A stretch of DNA of 64,000 nucleotides, taken from contig NW_003314293.1 of the NCBI RefSeq assembly GCF_000143415.4, forward strand, positions 1,260,431 through 1,324,430. Reading direction: 5' to 3'. Shown here one piece after another: positions 24,300 to 36,816 of the stretch. The translations under genes and the position numbers were made by a program. The notes beneath the pieces are model-generated. The model had not been told where the DNA came from and did no database searches. It was given only the letters and a program-made list of their open reading frames with translations. Position 1 is the stretch's first letter. The number at the start of each line of letters is the position of its first letter. Source of the stretch: Selaginella moellendorffii (taxonomy: Eukaryota > Plantae > Lycopodiophyta).

Positions 24300-26230
24300 G
24301 AATAAATTCTTTTTAACACTTGATTTCAACCATGTATGAGCAGACTAAAAAACTTTACTATTGTATTTGAGAGTCAACAATTATACTCATATGTGTTTAT
24401 ATTGATGATCTCATCATGGTTGGGATGATATTGAATTTATGATGGCTAAAAGAGCAACTCGCTAGATAGTCTAAGATGACAGATCTGGGTAAAAATTTAT
24501 TCTGTCTTAGCTTACAAGTTTCTCACAACAGGGAACACTGCATCTTAAGGATTCATTAGCGGAAGTATATGTCCAATCTCATCAAAGCATATGGCAAATT
24601 CTTTACTATGCACATTGCCCTAACTCCAGCACTACAACTCCACAAACTTTCCAAAGCTGACAAACCACGTTCTGAGGGGGAAAAGAAATAGATAATGCAA
24701 TTACCATATCAAAACGTGGTTGGTTCTTTGATATACCTTGTGACAGCAAGTCAACAAAACATAACAACAGCCATTTCTCGCATATGCCAATTCATGTAGA
24801 ATCAGGGAAGAGACATTGGTATGTGGTGGAGCAAATCTTTAACTACATTGTGCAAATCTTGACACTCTACCTCAAATTTAAAGGTAGCATGTCACTAGAA
24901 GTACATTAGGAAAGGAGTTAGTCATCAACTTAATTAGTTCCATATGGGATGGACCTTGATGACCACAGATCAACAACCGAATATGTATTCAAATTCTCCA
25001 ATGCTGTTGTATCTTGGTAGAGTTAGAAATAATGAATGGTGGTATTATCAACAACTGAGGCCAAGTAAAATGTAGTCACTCTAGATTCATTGACTACTAC
25101 GAGACATTAGATTCAAGATGCAAACATCAATGAATGTATACAATAATAAAACAGCATGTGTACAGTCTATTACGAATCACAGGACCAAAATTGTAGCTGA
25201 CCTCTTGACAAGACAACAGTAGCTGTTCAACAATTTGAACAATTGTGTAGCCGCTTCCTATTGGAAGCTGAGATCTGATTTACGATCTGAAAAGATTGTC
25301 AGATATAGGGGGAGTGTTGGAGAAGTAAGAATCAAGGTCACAATGAGACAGGGATCTACAGCAAGAATCTCAGAGAGATTTAAGGATATGAACATATATA
25401 TAAACCTCTACTTCTAAAGCATTCATACAGTTGAATTTTTCCTGTTCATTCTTTCCATCAGTCCCTGTTAGCCAAAACGGCCTGAACAGTTTGTAGTCTT
25501 CAGCCAGCACCTTCCTTGTCGGATCTGTTGCCTCTGATGTCACAGTGAGATCCGATAACCGCCGATTGGTACCAAGAACTAGAGCCCACAGACCATGATG
25601 TGCTCTGCCTAGAACTCGCCTGAGAAGCGTAAATCCCGTATCCCTCGTATCCTCGTTGGGCAGTTCCAAATCTACCAGCGTATTAGCATCGTCAAAGCGA
25701 AACAGCACTTTGAGGGTACCCTCCAAAGGCAACCCTTGGATAGCAGTCGTTAAAGCCTCTCTAAGCATGCGACTCCCAGCGTCGCTGAAACGTCCTGAGC
25801 GTAGTAGGATGCTCAGCCTCTTTAGCGGTTGCAGCTGCTTCAAGATGCGCTCTCCAGTGAGAAAGTCGACTGGCTATCTTCCGTGCTACAGGGAAAGCCA
25901 CGGCTGAGATCCATTTGGACGAGTATCCATGCTTCCAACACCTCACAGGCTCTTGCCACTGTTTGAAACTAGGCTTTTTTAATGCGATCCTTTCAGATAT
26001 TACCATCCTCCCCAGTAATCCAGTAGCAACCTCAAATCTCTATAAATTTGCAAGTTTAGGGTTGTCATTTTAGAATGGGGCGCAAGGCAAAACATAAATG
26101 ACGTACAAGCCCTTTTGGTAGGGCTCACACGCCAGCCTCGACTTGCCCTAGCCGCTACTCTGCACAACAGCGAATAACGGTGCCACGAATTTGTTGCTAG
26201 ATAACTAAATTGCATAAATCCTTCTTAATA
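24300..26230 (+). mobile_element. Decayed Ty1/copia 3' end: RT/RNase H remnants, PPT, and 3' LTR starting at 25315 (end approximate)
   Basis: ICVYIDDLI, KMTDLG, PYQNVVGSLIYL, DLDDHRSTT, VLSTTEAK; PPT aggggag followed by TGTTGG. Confidence 0.75.
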
Positions 26231-26340
26231 TTGTGACTCCCTCGTCTTGAAGAGCATACTCCAAGAATGCTTTCGCGGAATCATCTAAACCCTAATTTTA
26301 AACAAAAGTTTATTAGTCAATGCTTTTTAGGGTAGGAGCG

Positions 26341-27484
26341 ATGGCGCCAGCGTCTCCCTTCGTGGGCGACGTTCTCGACGGCGATGTGGCGCTCGTCACG
26401 GGCGGTGGATCTGGTATTGGCTTCGAGATTGCGCTGCAGCTGGGCCTTCACGGCGCGCGATTGCTCCTCCTCGGCCGCCGCCTTCCCGTGCTCGAGGCGG
26501 CCAAGAAGAGTCTCTCCGCCCGCGGAATCCAGGTTTGCTATAGCTCTTCGATTCGGGATTGCCCGATCGCTCCTCGTTACAGGTCGAGTACGCGCATGGA
26601 GACGTGAGATCGCCCGACGACGCCGCCAAAGCCGTGAATCTGGCCGTGGAGCGATTTGGGAAGCTCAGCATTCTCGTCAACAGTGCCGCTGGGAATTTCT
26701 TGGCGCCGGCCGAGTTGCTCACTTCCAAGGGGTTTAAAACTGGTGCGTGTTCTTCCCGTCTAGATGATAGATGAGATTCTTTCTTTCTTTCTTTTAGTTT
26801 CATCAAGAGCATCGTCTAGGCAGTTCTCGAGATTGATACACTGGGGACTTTCAACATGTGCCACGCTGCATTCCCAGCGCTCAAGCGAAGCTCGAGCGAG
26901 AAGAGTGTTATCATCAACATTAGCGCGACTTTGCACTATGGAGCTACTTGGTATCAATCGCATGCCGCGGCTGCCAAGGTTCTCAACTTCTCCAAGGTTC
27001 TTTCTATAAAACTTGTCTCTGGTTCTTTTCAGGCTGCCATAGACAGCTTAACTCGAAGCTTGTCCCTCGAATGGGGTCCTATTCGTGTTAATGGCATTGC
27101 TCCAGGGCCGATCGCCGATACCGCTGGCTGGGAGAAGCTCTCTGTCGGAGTTGACTCTGCTGCGAGCGTCCGTTCCCGGGAAGAGATTGTGGAAAAAACT
27201 CCAGCAGGACGCGTCGGAACAACGTGGGACATCGCGATGGCCGCTGTGTTTCTAGCTGTAAGTTTTCTTTCCCTTCGTCGCTTTGCTTCGAGGCTAAGAG
27301 TTTTTCTCGTGCATTTTTTTAGTCGAGCGCTGGAAGCTGGATAACCGGCGAGACGATTGTTGTAGACGGTGGAAACTGGCTGTATTATCCTCCAGCTCTT
27401 CCAGCTGATGCCGTCGCCGAGGCTTCCAGAGCTGTGGAAGCATCGAGCAGACGAGTGGGCGTTCCTGAAAGAAGCAAGCTTTGA
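26341..27484 (+). CDS. DECR: Peroxisomal 2,4-dienoyl-CoA reductase (SDR family), 5 exons, C-terminal SKL
   Basis: VALVTGGGSGIG, LVNSAAGNF, INISATLHYGATWYQSHAAAAK, IRVNGIAPGPI, WITGETIVVDGG, ERSKL* (PTS1). Confidence 0.92.
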
Positions 27485-27665
27485 CGAAACTTTTGCGATA
27501 CTCTGACACGACATACTTGATCGAAAAACATTCTTATTAAAGTGGTGAACAAAACAAGATATTGGTTATGGAAGTGGAACTACAAAAAACCAAGTAACGA
27601 AGTAGTGATCAATCGAAGTTAAACTACAAAAGAATGGCAACCAGAAGGAAAGAGGAACTTGACCA

Positions 27666-28325
27666 TCATACCGCGGGAACGAGCAACCAGACGAGATTGA
27701 GCAGCAAGAGGAAGGCCCTGCTGCTGTGAAGCATGAGAGCTGGCGACGGGAGAGGAGCTGGAGCGGCGGGACAAGGCAGGCCCTCTGGGCCGGCGACGCA
27801 GAGATTGGCAAAGAGGCCACCCGGGTAAGCCCCGGCATTGTTGAGGTACGCAAACATCTCGTCCGCGCAAGTGGTGTTTTGATCGTTGAAATAAGTGATG
27901 TACCTACAGGTGAGTGCGATGAAAGAGTCGCAGCAGGGCTTTTGCGGGTATGGCGACTTGCATACGCTCGTGATACTGGTATAGTTGACGGTCCCGAAAT
28001 CAAATGGGCAAGCTGCAAAGAAAGTTTCAGCAGCACGGTCGGTGAAAGCAACGAGAATGGAAGCACAGATCGAATGAGGGTCCAGGAGACCCATAGGAAA
28101 GAAGAGCCTCCAAGTAAGGTGGAAAGCCATCGAAGGGATCGAAGCAAGAGACCAAGACAGAAGAACTTACGAGCTTTAACTTGGGAGAGTCTCCTCATCG
28201 GCCCCTGCGATCCTGCATTGACGGCGAGTATGAAACTCTGCGAGGAATGGGATGATGATACCTGAGGCTTGGCAGCACAGCAAGAAGCAGCAAAGGGCCA
28301 AGCAAGCTCCTGTCCACAAACCCAT
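27666..28325 (-). CDS. LLG: LORELEI-like GPI-anchored protein
   Basis: Signal peptide MGLWTGACLALCCFLL; CPFDF..NYTSITSVCKSPYPQKPCC...CADEMFAYLNNAGAYPGGLFANLC..PEGLPC; hydrophobic GPI tail. Confidence 0.88.
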
Positions 28326-29499
28326 CTCCAATCGATTCTCGGATGAATGGTAGCCGCGTGGATCGAGTGCGAGCAAAACCCCAGGCAAGAGTCTACTCGT
28401 TACTTCTGATTAACGTGTTGGTTTATTAGTTTCTTTCTAGCTGATTAATTACGCAAGTTCCCACTACAATCTAGGCGGTCAATTCCCCGTCGGTTTCATG
28501 TGATTCTATCAACGCGGCATGCCAGCGCATCTATAATAAAATAATAAAAACCTCCCGCAGCCGTTGGATATCAGGTTCGGGTAGCGTTGTATGGACTGGA
28601 TGTGTTGGCAGCCGATGGTGACGGAGGGAAACAGGGACAAGCTTTCATCTAGGGCTCCATTGCTCGCTCTTTCTTGCCACGGGGTAGGTAATTGTATCAC
28701 AAAACGTTACATCCAATTCAGTTTACACTGTACATTGCTGCATTTGCCAAGCTCCAAGTGGAGATCACGTTGTATGCTAACAATTCAAAGAGGTTCTCTA
28801 ATTTTTTTTCCCAAAAAAAAGAAAACAAGCAGTTGCCGCCAATGGGGCTGCTGCTACTCATGGCCACCACCACATGCTAGGGACACAACAACCCCACGAT
28901 GGAAAATTCTTACCCCATTGGATTCACATTTTGACATATGAGTGTTCTTTAATTCCAGGTCTTTGCTCAATCTCTGCCTCAAAATCCACCAAGCGCTGCT
29001 GCTGAGATCCGCCAGGTACAAGACCATCTTCTTTTGAATAAAGTCTTCTCTCATTCTAGCTCCTTTTTCAGAGTCAAACTAAGGACCCCACTCAGTCTCA
29101 AAAATTAAATCTCTGAGATTATATTCAAGATAATCTCTACATTCAATAAATATATTTATTTAAACACTTTTTATAAATAGCTAATGGGACCAATACATGG
29201 GGTGAGAATATTTGACATACATGGTAAGCAATCATATAACAATATTGAGGGACTAGTGTTTAATATACAAAAGTTTTTTGGCATTACTTAGTGCAAGACA
29301 CAATAAAAAAGAAACTCCTTATTCAGCTAAAGATGTTTAATTAATAGCATATAGGAATTCCATCCTTATGCTTGTTTAATCTAAGTATAATTGAAATGTC
29401 CAACTAACACAAGAAGGGTCCAAAAATACTAATCTTTTATTATTATGGTAGTAAAAAAAGAATATATGAAAAAACTTGCTAATAAGTAATTTTCAATAC

Positions 29500-31860
29500 C
29501 CACAATCACAATAAATATAATACATCTAAATCTTACTTATCATATACTACCTTGAGACAATGTTTAACTGCAAGGTGTCAAGTAGCGTCTTGCCTGTATT
29601 CATCCAATGCCAAAGCCTCCCAAGCTCTTATCTACTGCTTCTCATTGAATTGAAGATTTACTACATGTTGTAGAGTAAGCTGCAATGATGAGACTTGGAT
29701 GGCGATAGGAAGGACAGCCTCTGTGCTAGAGAGAAGTGAGAAAGGTGTTGCTGCAATAGATGTTTTGACATGGTTTTAAACATCCACAAAGGCATGAACA
29801 AGTGCTCATGCGAATAGATTGTCAACCAGCTTCAAGATAATTGTCTTCAAAATTTTGTTAGAAGACTTGGCTTGTCTATTTGATTATGGATATCTACTAT
29901 TGCTTAAAATGTGAGTTTCACCAAGGTATGCAACTACTATGCTGATGAAAGAACTGCCAAGATTGGACACCAAAACTGCTAGGAGTCTAAAGTGATAAAT
30001 GATGTGCTCGTAGAGAAACTTCACTATGGAGATCTAATCTGCAATTCAAAACGAGATGGCCTCAGGCCACTTAGTGAAGTAATCTATGGCAACAAAAACT
30101 ATGAACTTGGTGGAGAAATCCAGCCAATGAAGTCAAGTCCCACTTGAAGGACCTAGCTGCGACCACGAACTGGAAAGGAAGGTGAAATGTAGTTCTTCGA
30201 GTTGCATTGTTGGCAAAGAAGGCACTCTTTGGCATAGGTTGCTGTGTCTTGATGAATGGTCAGCCAAAAGAGCCCATGTTGCAAAATTTGCTGTGCTGTC
30301 ACCCTTGCTAAGAAGTGTCCAAAACAAATGTGGAAAGAGCAAAGAATCCCTGGGATCTCATGCTCTACAACACATCAAAGAAGGTGTTGTGTCAATAAAG
30401 AGCCCCTCCAAGCAAACAATTATCCTGAGCCTTATGAGTTATTGATCGCTGTTGCTCCCATGAGAAAGATGGTGGATACTACCCAGTATAAAGATACCTT
30501 GCAATACGATGGAGAGAAGCAGAAACACTAAAGGTATCCACCAATGCGATCAGAGCTTGGCTAGGGTTATGGACTTGTTGCTTCCTTGCAATGAACTCTA
30601 GCTCAAAATCCTGGATCATGAGCGACAACAATAAAGTACGTGATCGCTGATTGTTTTTCTGTAAAAGGAAAGTCAGTAGATTGCAAGAGACATGGATGTG
30701 GATACGGGCTTCAAGTAAAAGGTGGCAGAAATGTCGTAATATGTATACTACTGCCACAGCTTCTCACTGCTCTGAATCCTTAAGTGAATGTGAGACAAAG
30801 TAGACAGCGTGGAGGGGGTTTTGTGGCTCCTTTCATTGACACAAACAGCAATCACCCATCCTTTCTAGCATCTCCTCAAGATGGTCACACCTTTCCAGTG
30901 GCAACAGCAAGCTTTTGAGGTGATCTAACCCCTTCTTCGACAACCGCCAATTCCTGGAGACTGTTTTGAGATTTTCATCACCACTGGAGCTGAAGCTTTT
31001 GGAGCTAGCAAACTTTGGAAACAAACTAGCCTGGTGTAGCATCTTAAGTGATGTTGGAGGTGGACTCTGGAGCATAGGGAGTGATGCCTTGAGATGAGAT
31101 ATCAAAATTGAGCAGCCTCTCTTGTGTAACTCTGAAATTGCATTTTCGGTGTTGAGTGAAAACCAGGCAATGCTAGAAAACTTGCTCCAAGGTCAATTAG
31201 ATGATCTTTAAAAGAGCAAGATGCTGAGCAAAAGGTCGTCCATCTAAACTCGAAGAGAGGAGCCGAGAAGGTCATGAAAAACATACTTGGAGAAATGCAG
31301 CTCCTACATTATATAAACCAAATGGAAGTACTTTATATGCGAAGACACTCCATGGCGTGCAGAAACCTGTCTTTTTTCGATTATGAGGATGAATCTAGAG
31401 CTGGTTGTGGCCAGCTAACTCATCGAGGATCTCATTTTGAAAAGGAGTTGCAAAGCGATCCTTGAGTGTCATGTCATTGAGGCTGACACATAACATATAG
31501 TCAGGGATGGAGTGACTCCCAAGTGTACAGCCCAGGGAGTGGAGGGATAGGAGTCAGCAGTGGTGTCTCACAGCAGTGAGGATTTGGCTTTAAGCAAAGA
31601 CAAAAATGGAATGACTTCCACCTTGAAAACCGGCTGGATGTCTTCTAGAGCATCTTGCATGTCTCGTGTGAAAGCTTTTGTCCGCCCACATTTGTGAACC
31701 CAAAAGTTGTCACCACGGAGGACATTGTGAATGTGATGAAATGAAAGTGTTGTCTAAAATCCATTCTCTTCAAGTTAAAGCTCTCTGGTGATAGAAAAGT
31801 TCTTTCAAACTCTGCTGGGCAATTTCTAGTTATTGAGAAAGATTAGCTATGGAAACTTTG
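29500..31860 (-). mobile_element. Heavily decayed Ty3/gypsy pol (RT, RNase H, integrase)
   Basis: Minus-strand remnants AVYFVSHSL, LQDFELEFI, GPSSGT..FIVFVAIDYFTKWPEA; many stops and frameshifts; ends approximate. Confidence 0.6.
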
Positions 31861-31901
31861 GTACGATGGAAACTTAATACAAAGAAGATACTTTGGTACC
31901 T

Positions 31902-34320
31902 TCAGCATGAGATGGACAAGAAGGGACTCTCCATGGCTCTGGGCCTGGGCGGGCAAGTGAAAGACATAGCTCGGGCACCGCGAGTGGAGCTAGAGCCAGT
32001 GTTCTTCCTCGGAGTTCCTTCCTTCGATCCCGCAGCCGATACTGGAACCGACACCGAGACCGAGGCGCAGCGCTGGTGCTGGAGCCTGTGCTGGAACTCC
32101 GTCTCACTGATCGTCATCATGCTTCTACCCAGTCGATCATCCAAGCCGGAGCTCTCCCTCTCCTGATCTTCTTCCCTGTACACCGCCTTGTACTGGTACC
32201 ACCGAGCGCAAGTGAGGAAGAGGAAGAAGTTCGCGGTGCTGAGGCAAGTGAGCAGCAAGTAGAAGCGATGGAGATGGGCCCTATTTAAGTTGTTCCCGAT
32301 CCAGCTCCCGCCCGAGCCCCGGCTCGTCACCTTCACCACCACGCTGAGGAGCAAGCTGCTGATGAAGCTACCCACGGCCACGGTGCTGAGGTAGAGAGCT
32401 GCCCCCACACTGCGCATCGAGTCGGGTGCCTGGTTGTAGAAAAACTCAAGCATCCCAACGGAAATGAAAACTTCACACGTACCGATCAACATGTACTGTG
32501 GAAGTAGCCAGAAGATGGTCATTGGCAGCGGAGTGTGGGGCTCGTCGAGCAGCCCGTGCTGTCTCGCCACCCGGAGACGCCTCATCTCCACCAGCGCCGC
32601 GGAGGCGATGGCGATGGTGGAGATCACCTGTCCGATGCCGATTCTTTGGAGGGAAGTCAGGCCCCTCTCCTCCCCTGTCAGCTTACGGACGAACGGGACG
32701 AAGTATGTGTCGTAGAGCGGCAGGAGGATGCAAATGGTGAGCGTGATGAAGAGCGGGAACGAGGCCGCCGGGATCATGAAGTGCGGTCCCATTCGTCGGT
32801 CGAGAGTCCGGCCCTGGCTCAAGAACATCGTCCCGACTTGAGCGAAGACCGCCGAGAACATGAGGTTGGTCATCCAGATCGGTAAAGTCCGGATCAGCAG
32901 CTTCACTTCCTCAACTTGCGTGACGGGACACAGCCGCCACGGATTCGGCTCCCTTCCTCGAGACTTGTAGAGAGCTATTTCTTCCTTCGAGATGGCAGCC
33001 TTGTCGAGAAACCTGCCGAGAGAACAATCGAAACTGTCAAAAACAAGAAAGACTTTTAACGACCAGAAACTAGAACTTACTCCTTATAAGTGTTGTTGTT
33101 TCCCAAGCGCATTACGACCACTTACACAAATCCGGAGCTGTGAGGGAGCTTGCGATGCCTCGGAGAGTGAGGCCCTTCTGGATCTTCCAGCTCGTACAAG
33201 AGCTCTAAGTCGGGAACCTGTAACTTCCACTTTCGTGTCGCTGCTACGAGAACTTGCGCAATGCGTGTCAGTGGACTTCCTGCCGGTAGCTGATGCCTGT
33301 ACTTGGCTGAGCCCAGGAGAAAGAGTGTCGTAGCAATGCACGTAACACTCGTCGCAGCACCATACCCCCAAGCCCATCCTACATTATCCTGGACGTATAC
33401 CAAAATACTAACCGAGAGCATGGTGCCAAAACTTATGCTCACAAACCACCAGTTCAGAAACGAGAGCTTCCTCTTGCTTTCTACCGGATCATTCTCGTCG
33501 AACTGGTCCCCTGCGAAGGCCGAGACGTTGGACTTGATACCACCGGCGCCGAAAGCCATCAAGTAAAGAGCGAAGTAGAAAAACCCGACCTGTAAACCCG
33601 AGGCTTTGGGACACACCCGTCCCGACGGAGTGCTGAGACAGTTTGGTGGCTTCAAGGATGGCACGGAGACTGCCAAGGTGACACAAACCATTGCCTGAAA
33701 GAGAACAAAGTAAACAAACGTAAAACTAAGTATCAAAGGCTTACCAAAACATAGCTGCAACAAAACGCTGTGAGGGTCCAGTATCGGCCTAGAAACGCAT
33801 CCGCAACAAAAGCACCTAGCAAAGGTGTTAAAAAAGTCGTGCCGGCCCAATTCATGACGTTCTTCGCGGATTGGGCTATATCCTCGTGAAGCTCGCTGGT
33901 GAGATACTTTAGAAGATTGGAAGAGATAGCATAGAACGCTACACGCTCGCAAACTTCGCATCCTATCAACAAGTTGACAGTCAGTAAGAAATCACGAAAA
34001 CTTACTGAGAAGAAAAGGAAGAAAGAACTAAGAACACACAACTTACCAAAAATCAACCAGCAAGCACTCCAGTTCCCACTCTTGGACTTGATCGCTGGAT
34101 TGCCATGAAGATCCACAGCACCATTCTCGACGACGTCTTTCACTCGTAGTTCCTCGCCATCGGAGTCGACAAGAGTGCCAGTAGTGGCCGATCCTTTGTC
34201 ACTGCCTTCGTCGGTAGCCAAAGAGGTGAGCTGGATTTCCTTGATCTCGCCGCCTTCGCTGGGAACTGGAGTGACCACCACGACTGGAGCGATCACAGCA
34301 TCCTCCTCCTTTTCTATCAT
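31902..34320 (-). CDS. NPF: NRT1/PTR (NPF) family transporter, 4 exons
   Basis: EVCERVAFY (ExxER), PLLGAFVADAFLGRY, GAGGIKSNVSAFAGDQFDE, GSPLTRIAQVLVAA, LEFFYNQAPDSMRS. Confidence 0.95.
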
Positions 34321-34995
34321 CTTGGATTCGAATCGCCTGCATTGGTCGATCAGCTCAGAAGATTTCTACCTACATTCTTTCTTGGAGAAAACCTAGATCG
34401 AGATTTCTTACCTCCACGAGGAGAAGCCAGGCGCGATTCATCAAAACGCGCGATCGCTCATCCAGCAAGGCAGATTTTGTAGGAGAGATGAGATTTCGCT
34501 CGCAAGAACACCACAGCATAGCTGTGGCGATGGAGGTACCATCGCCAGCGCCAAGGGCAAAGAGAAGAAGCCCTTGGCTGTCGAAAGGACGCTACTCTTC
34601 TCGATCGCACGGCGTACACCGCACGATGGCCGGCATTCCGCGCCAGAATGCCTGGCCACACGGACGGCCCGGATTTGCCTTCTTTTAGGTCAACAAAAGA
34701 TAACGTTAAAACAGGGGATTTGGGCTAGGGCTTGGTTCTCGTCGGTGCTCGAGCGTGCTCGGTCGAGATCTTCATTCCAAGTTCACGCACGCGTGACCTT
34801 TTCGCGATGACGCACTCCTCATAGCTTTAATATTTGGAGCGCGCGCTTTTCGATTCTCGAATTGCTGGAGCTTCTTGAGCCCCTCGCGCCGGGCAGCGAG
34901 CAAGGTATGGGCATCCCTTGCTCCCTCGATTCATCCTAGGATTTTAGGGTAGGGCAAGTCTGATCGATAGATTCTTTCCTGGGGTTGGGGAGTAG

Positions 34996-36816
34996 ATGGC
35001 TCTCGTGGAGTACATGGACGACGAGTTTGATGCGGTGGATTTTGATGACGATGAGGAGCTTCTTTTTGGACGCGATAGGGGTGGCTTGGATTCGGACTCC
35101 GAGAACGATGATGATATGGTAAGCTGCGAGTTTCTTTTGTTTAGTCTGCGAATTTCTTTTCTAAGCTCATGAGTTTTGTGTGCTCTAGGAGAGCAAAGAG
35201 AAGGATACTACCGCTGCTCAAGCTAGAAACGGTAAGGACATTCAAGGAATACCATGGGGATTACAATTTACAAGGGAGAAGTATCGGGAGGCAAGGCTGC
35301 AGCAGTACAAGAATTACGAGAATCTGGAGCATTCTCGTGAGGATTTAGATAAGGTCGGTGCTACATTTCTTTCTAGTTTTCATCGTACAAATCTTTGGAG
35401 CAGGAATGCAGGGAATTTCAGAAAGGAAGGCGATTTTACGACTTTCGTCTCAACAAGAGGTCTTTGAAGTCGACGATAGTTCACTTTCAGGTACTGAAAC
35501 TCACCACACACGCTTTTACTTACTTTGATCTCTTGTGCTGCTTGCAGCTACGGAATTTAATATGGGCAACCAGCAAACATGATGTTTATCTTATGCAAAA
35601 CTTTTGTGTGCTTCATTGGTCTCCGGTTTCTCAAAAGGTTTCTCAGGTTCTGAATGTTAATTCTCCTCCGCCTCCTGAGGTGCGTTCTGTGTTTTTGGGA
35701 TTTCTATCGAAAGAAAAAGTGTTTCTAATCGGGTGATTTGCAGAGGACGTCATTTGCGTCTTCGTATTCTCAAGGTATAGGCCGAGTGCAGATTAGCACG
35801 ATGTGCGTGAAGGAGAATCTGCTTGTTGCCGGTGGCTTTCAGGGTGAAATGGTGTGCAAGGTACGTAAGTACGGTCCCCAGTATCCCCAGCAAATCCCTT
35901 TTCTCTTAATTTTACTGTTCTTTTTGTGAAGAATCTCGACCAACCTGGAGTATCATATTGTGCAAAGATCACGCATGACGAAAACGCCATCACGAATGCC
36001 ATCGAGATCTACAATTCTCCGAGGTACGCTTTGAATTGTTTCTTTCTTTTTTTGTCCCATTCCTTAAGACTTCTAAAAACAGCGGCCCAACTCGCCTGAT
36101 GACCTCGAACAACGATGCAGTAGTTCGAGTTTTTGACGCAGAAACTTTTGCTGTCCTTGGTCGCTTCTGTTATTGCTGGCCTGTTAACGTAAGTATGTCG
36201 ATTTTTGCTCCCTCGTTCCCAAGCTTGTTTATTTGTCCCATTTGTACAGCACACGTCCGTCAGCCCGGATTGTCGAAGTATTGTTGTCGTTGGTGATAAC
36301 ACGGAAGGCCTACTTGCCGACGCTTCAAGTGGAAAGGTATATTTTTTTTCCCATCCCACGACTTCCAAAGTGCTTACACAGCATTTACTTTCGTTGTTCC
36401 AGGTGATAGCAACGCTCAAAGGCCATCTTGATTACTCTTTTGCTTCGGCCTGGCATCCAGACGGCCGAATCTTCGCGACTGGAAACCAGGACACGACTTG
36501 CCGGCTGTGGGACGTAAGAAATCTAAGCTCCTCGTTGGCCATCCTCAAGGGACGGCTGGGAGCGATACGCTCCCTCCGCTTCACAGAGGACGGACGTTTC
36601 ATGGCCATGGCCGAGCCGGCGGACTTTGTCCACGTCTTTGACACAAGGCAGGACTTTATGCAAAGCCAGGAGATCGATCTGTTTGGGGAAATCGCAGGGA
36701 TTTCCTTCAGCCCGGACACGGAAGCTCTCTACATCGGTGTGGCCGATCGGATCTACGGGAGCTTGCTCGAGTACAACCGATGCCGCGAGAACTGGTACCT
36801 TGACTCCTTCGTGTAA
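34996..36816 (+). CDS. WD40-repeat protein (DUF2415/C2A9.03-like), multi-exon
   Basis: ARNGKDIQGIPW, STIVHFQLRNLIWATSKHDVY, GHLDYSFASAWHPDG..FATGNQDTTCRLWDVR, AEPADFVH. Confidence 0.92.

Noticed and set aside
25370-25843. 157-aa minus-strand ORF
   Set aside because: Lies inside the putative copia LTR, has a non-ATG start and no recognisable domain.
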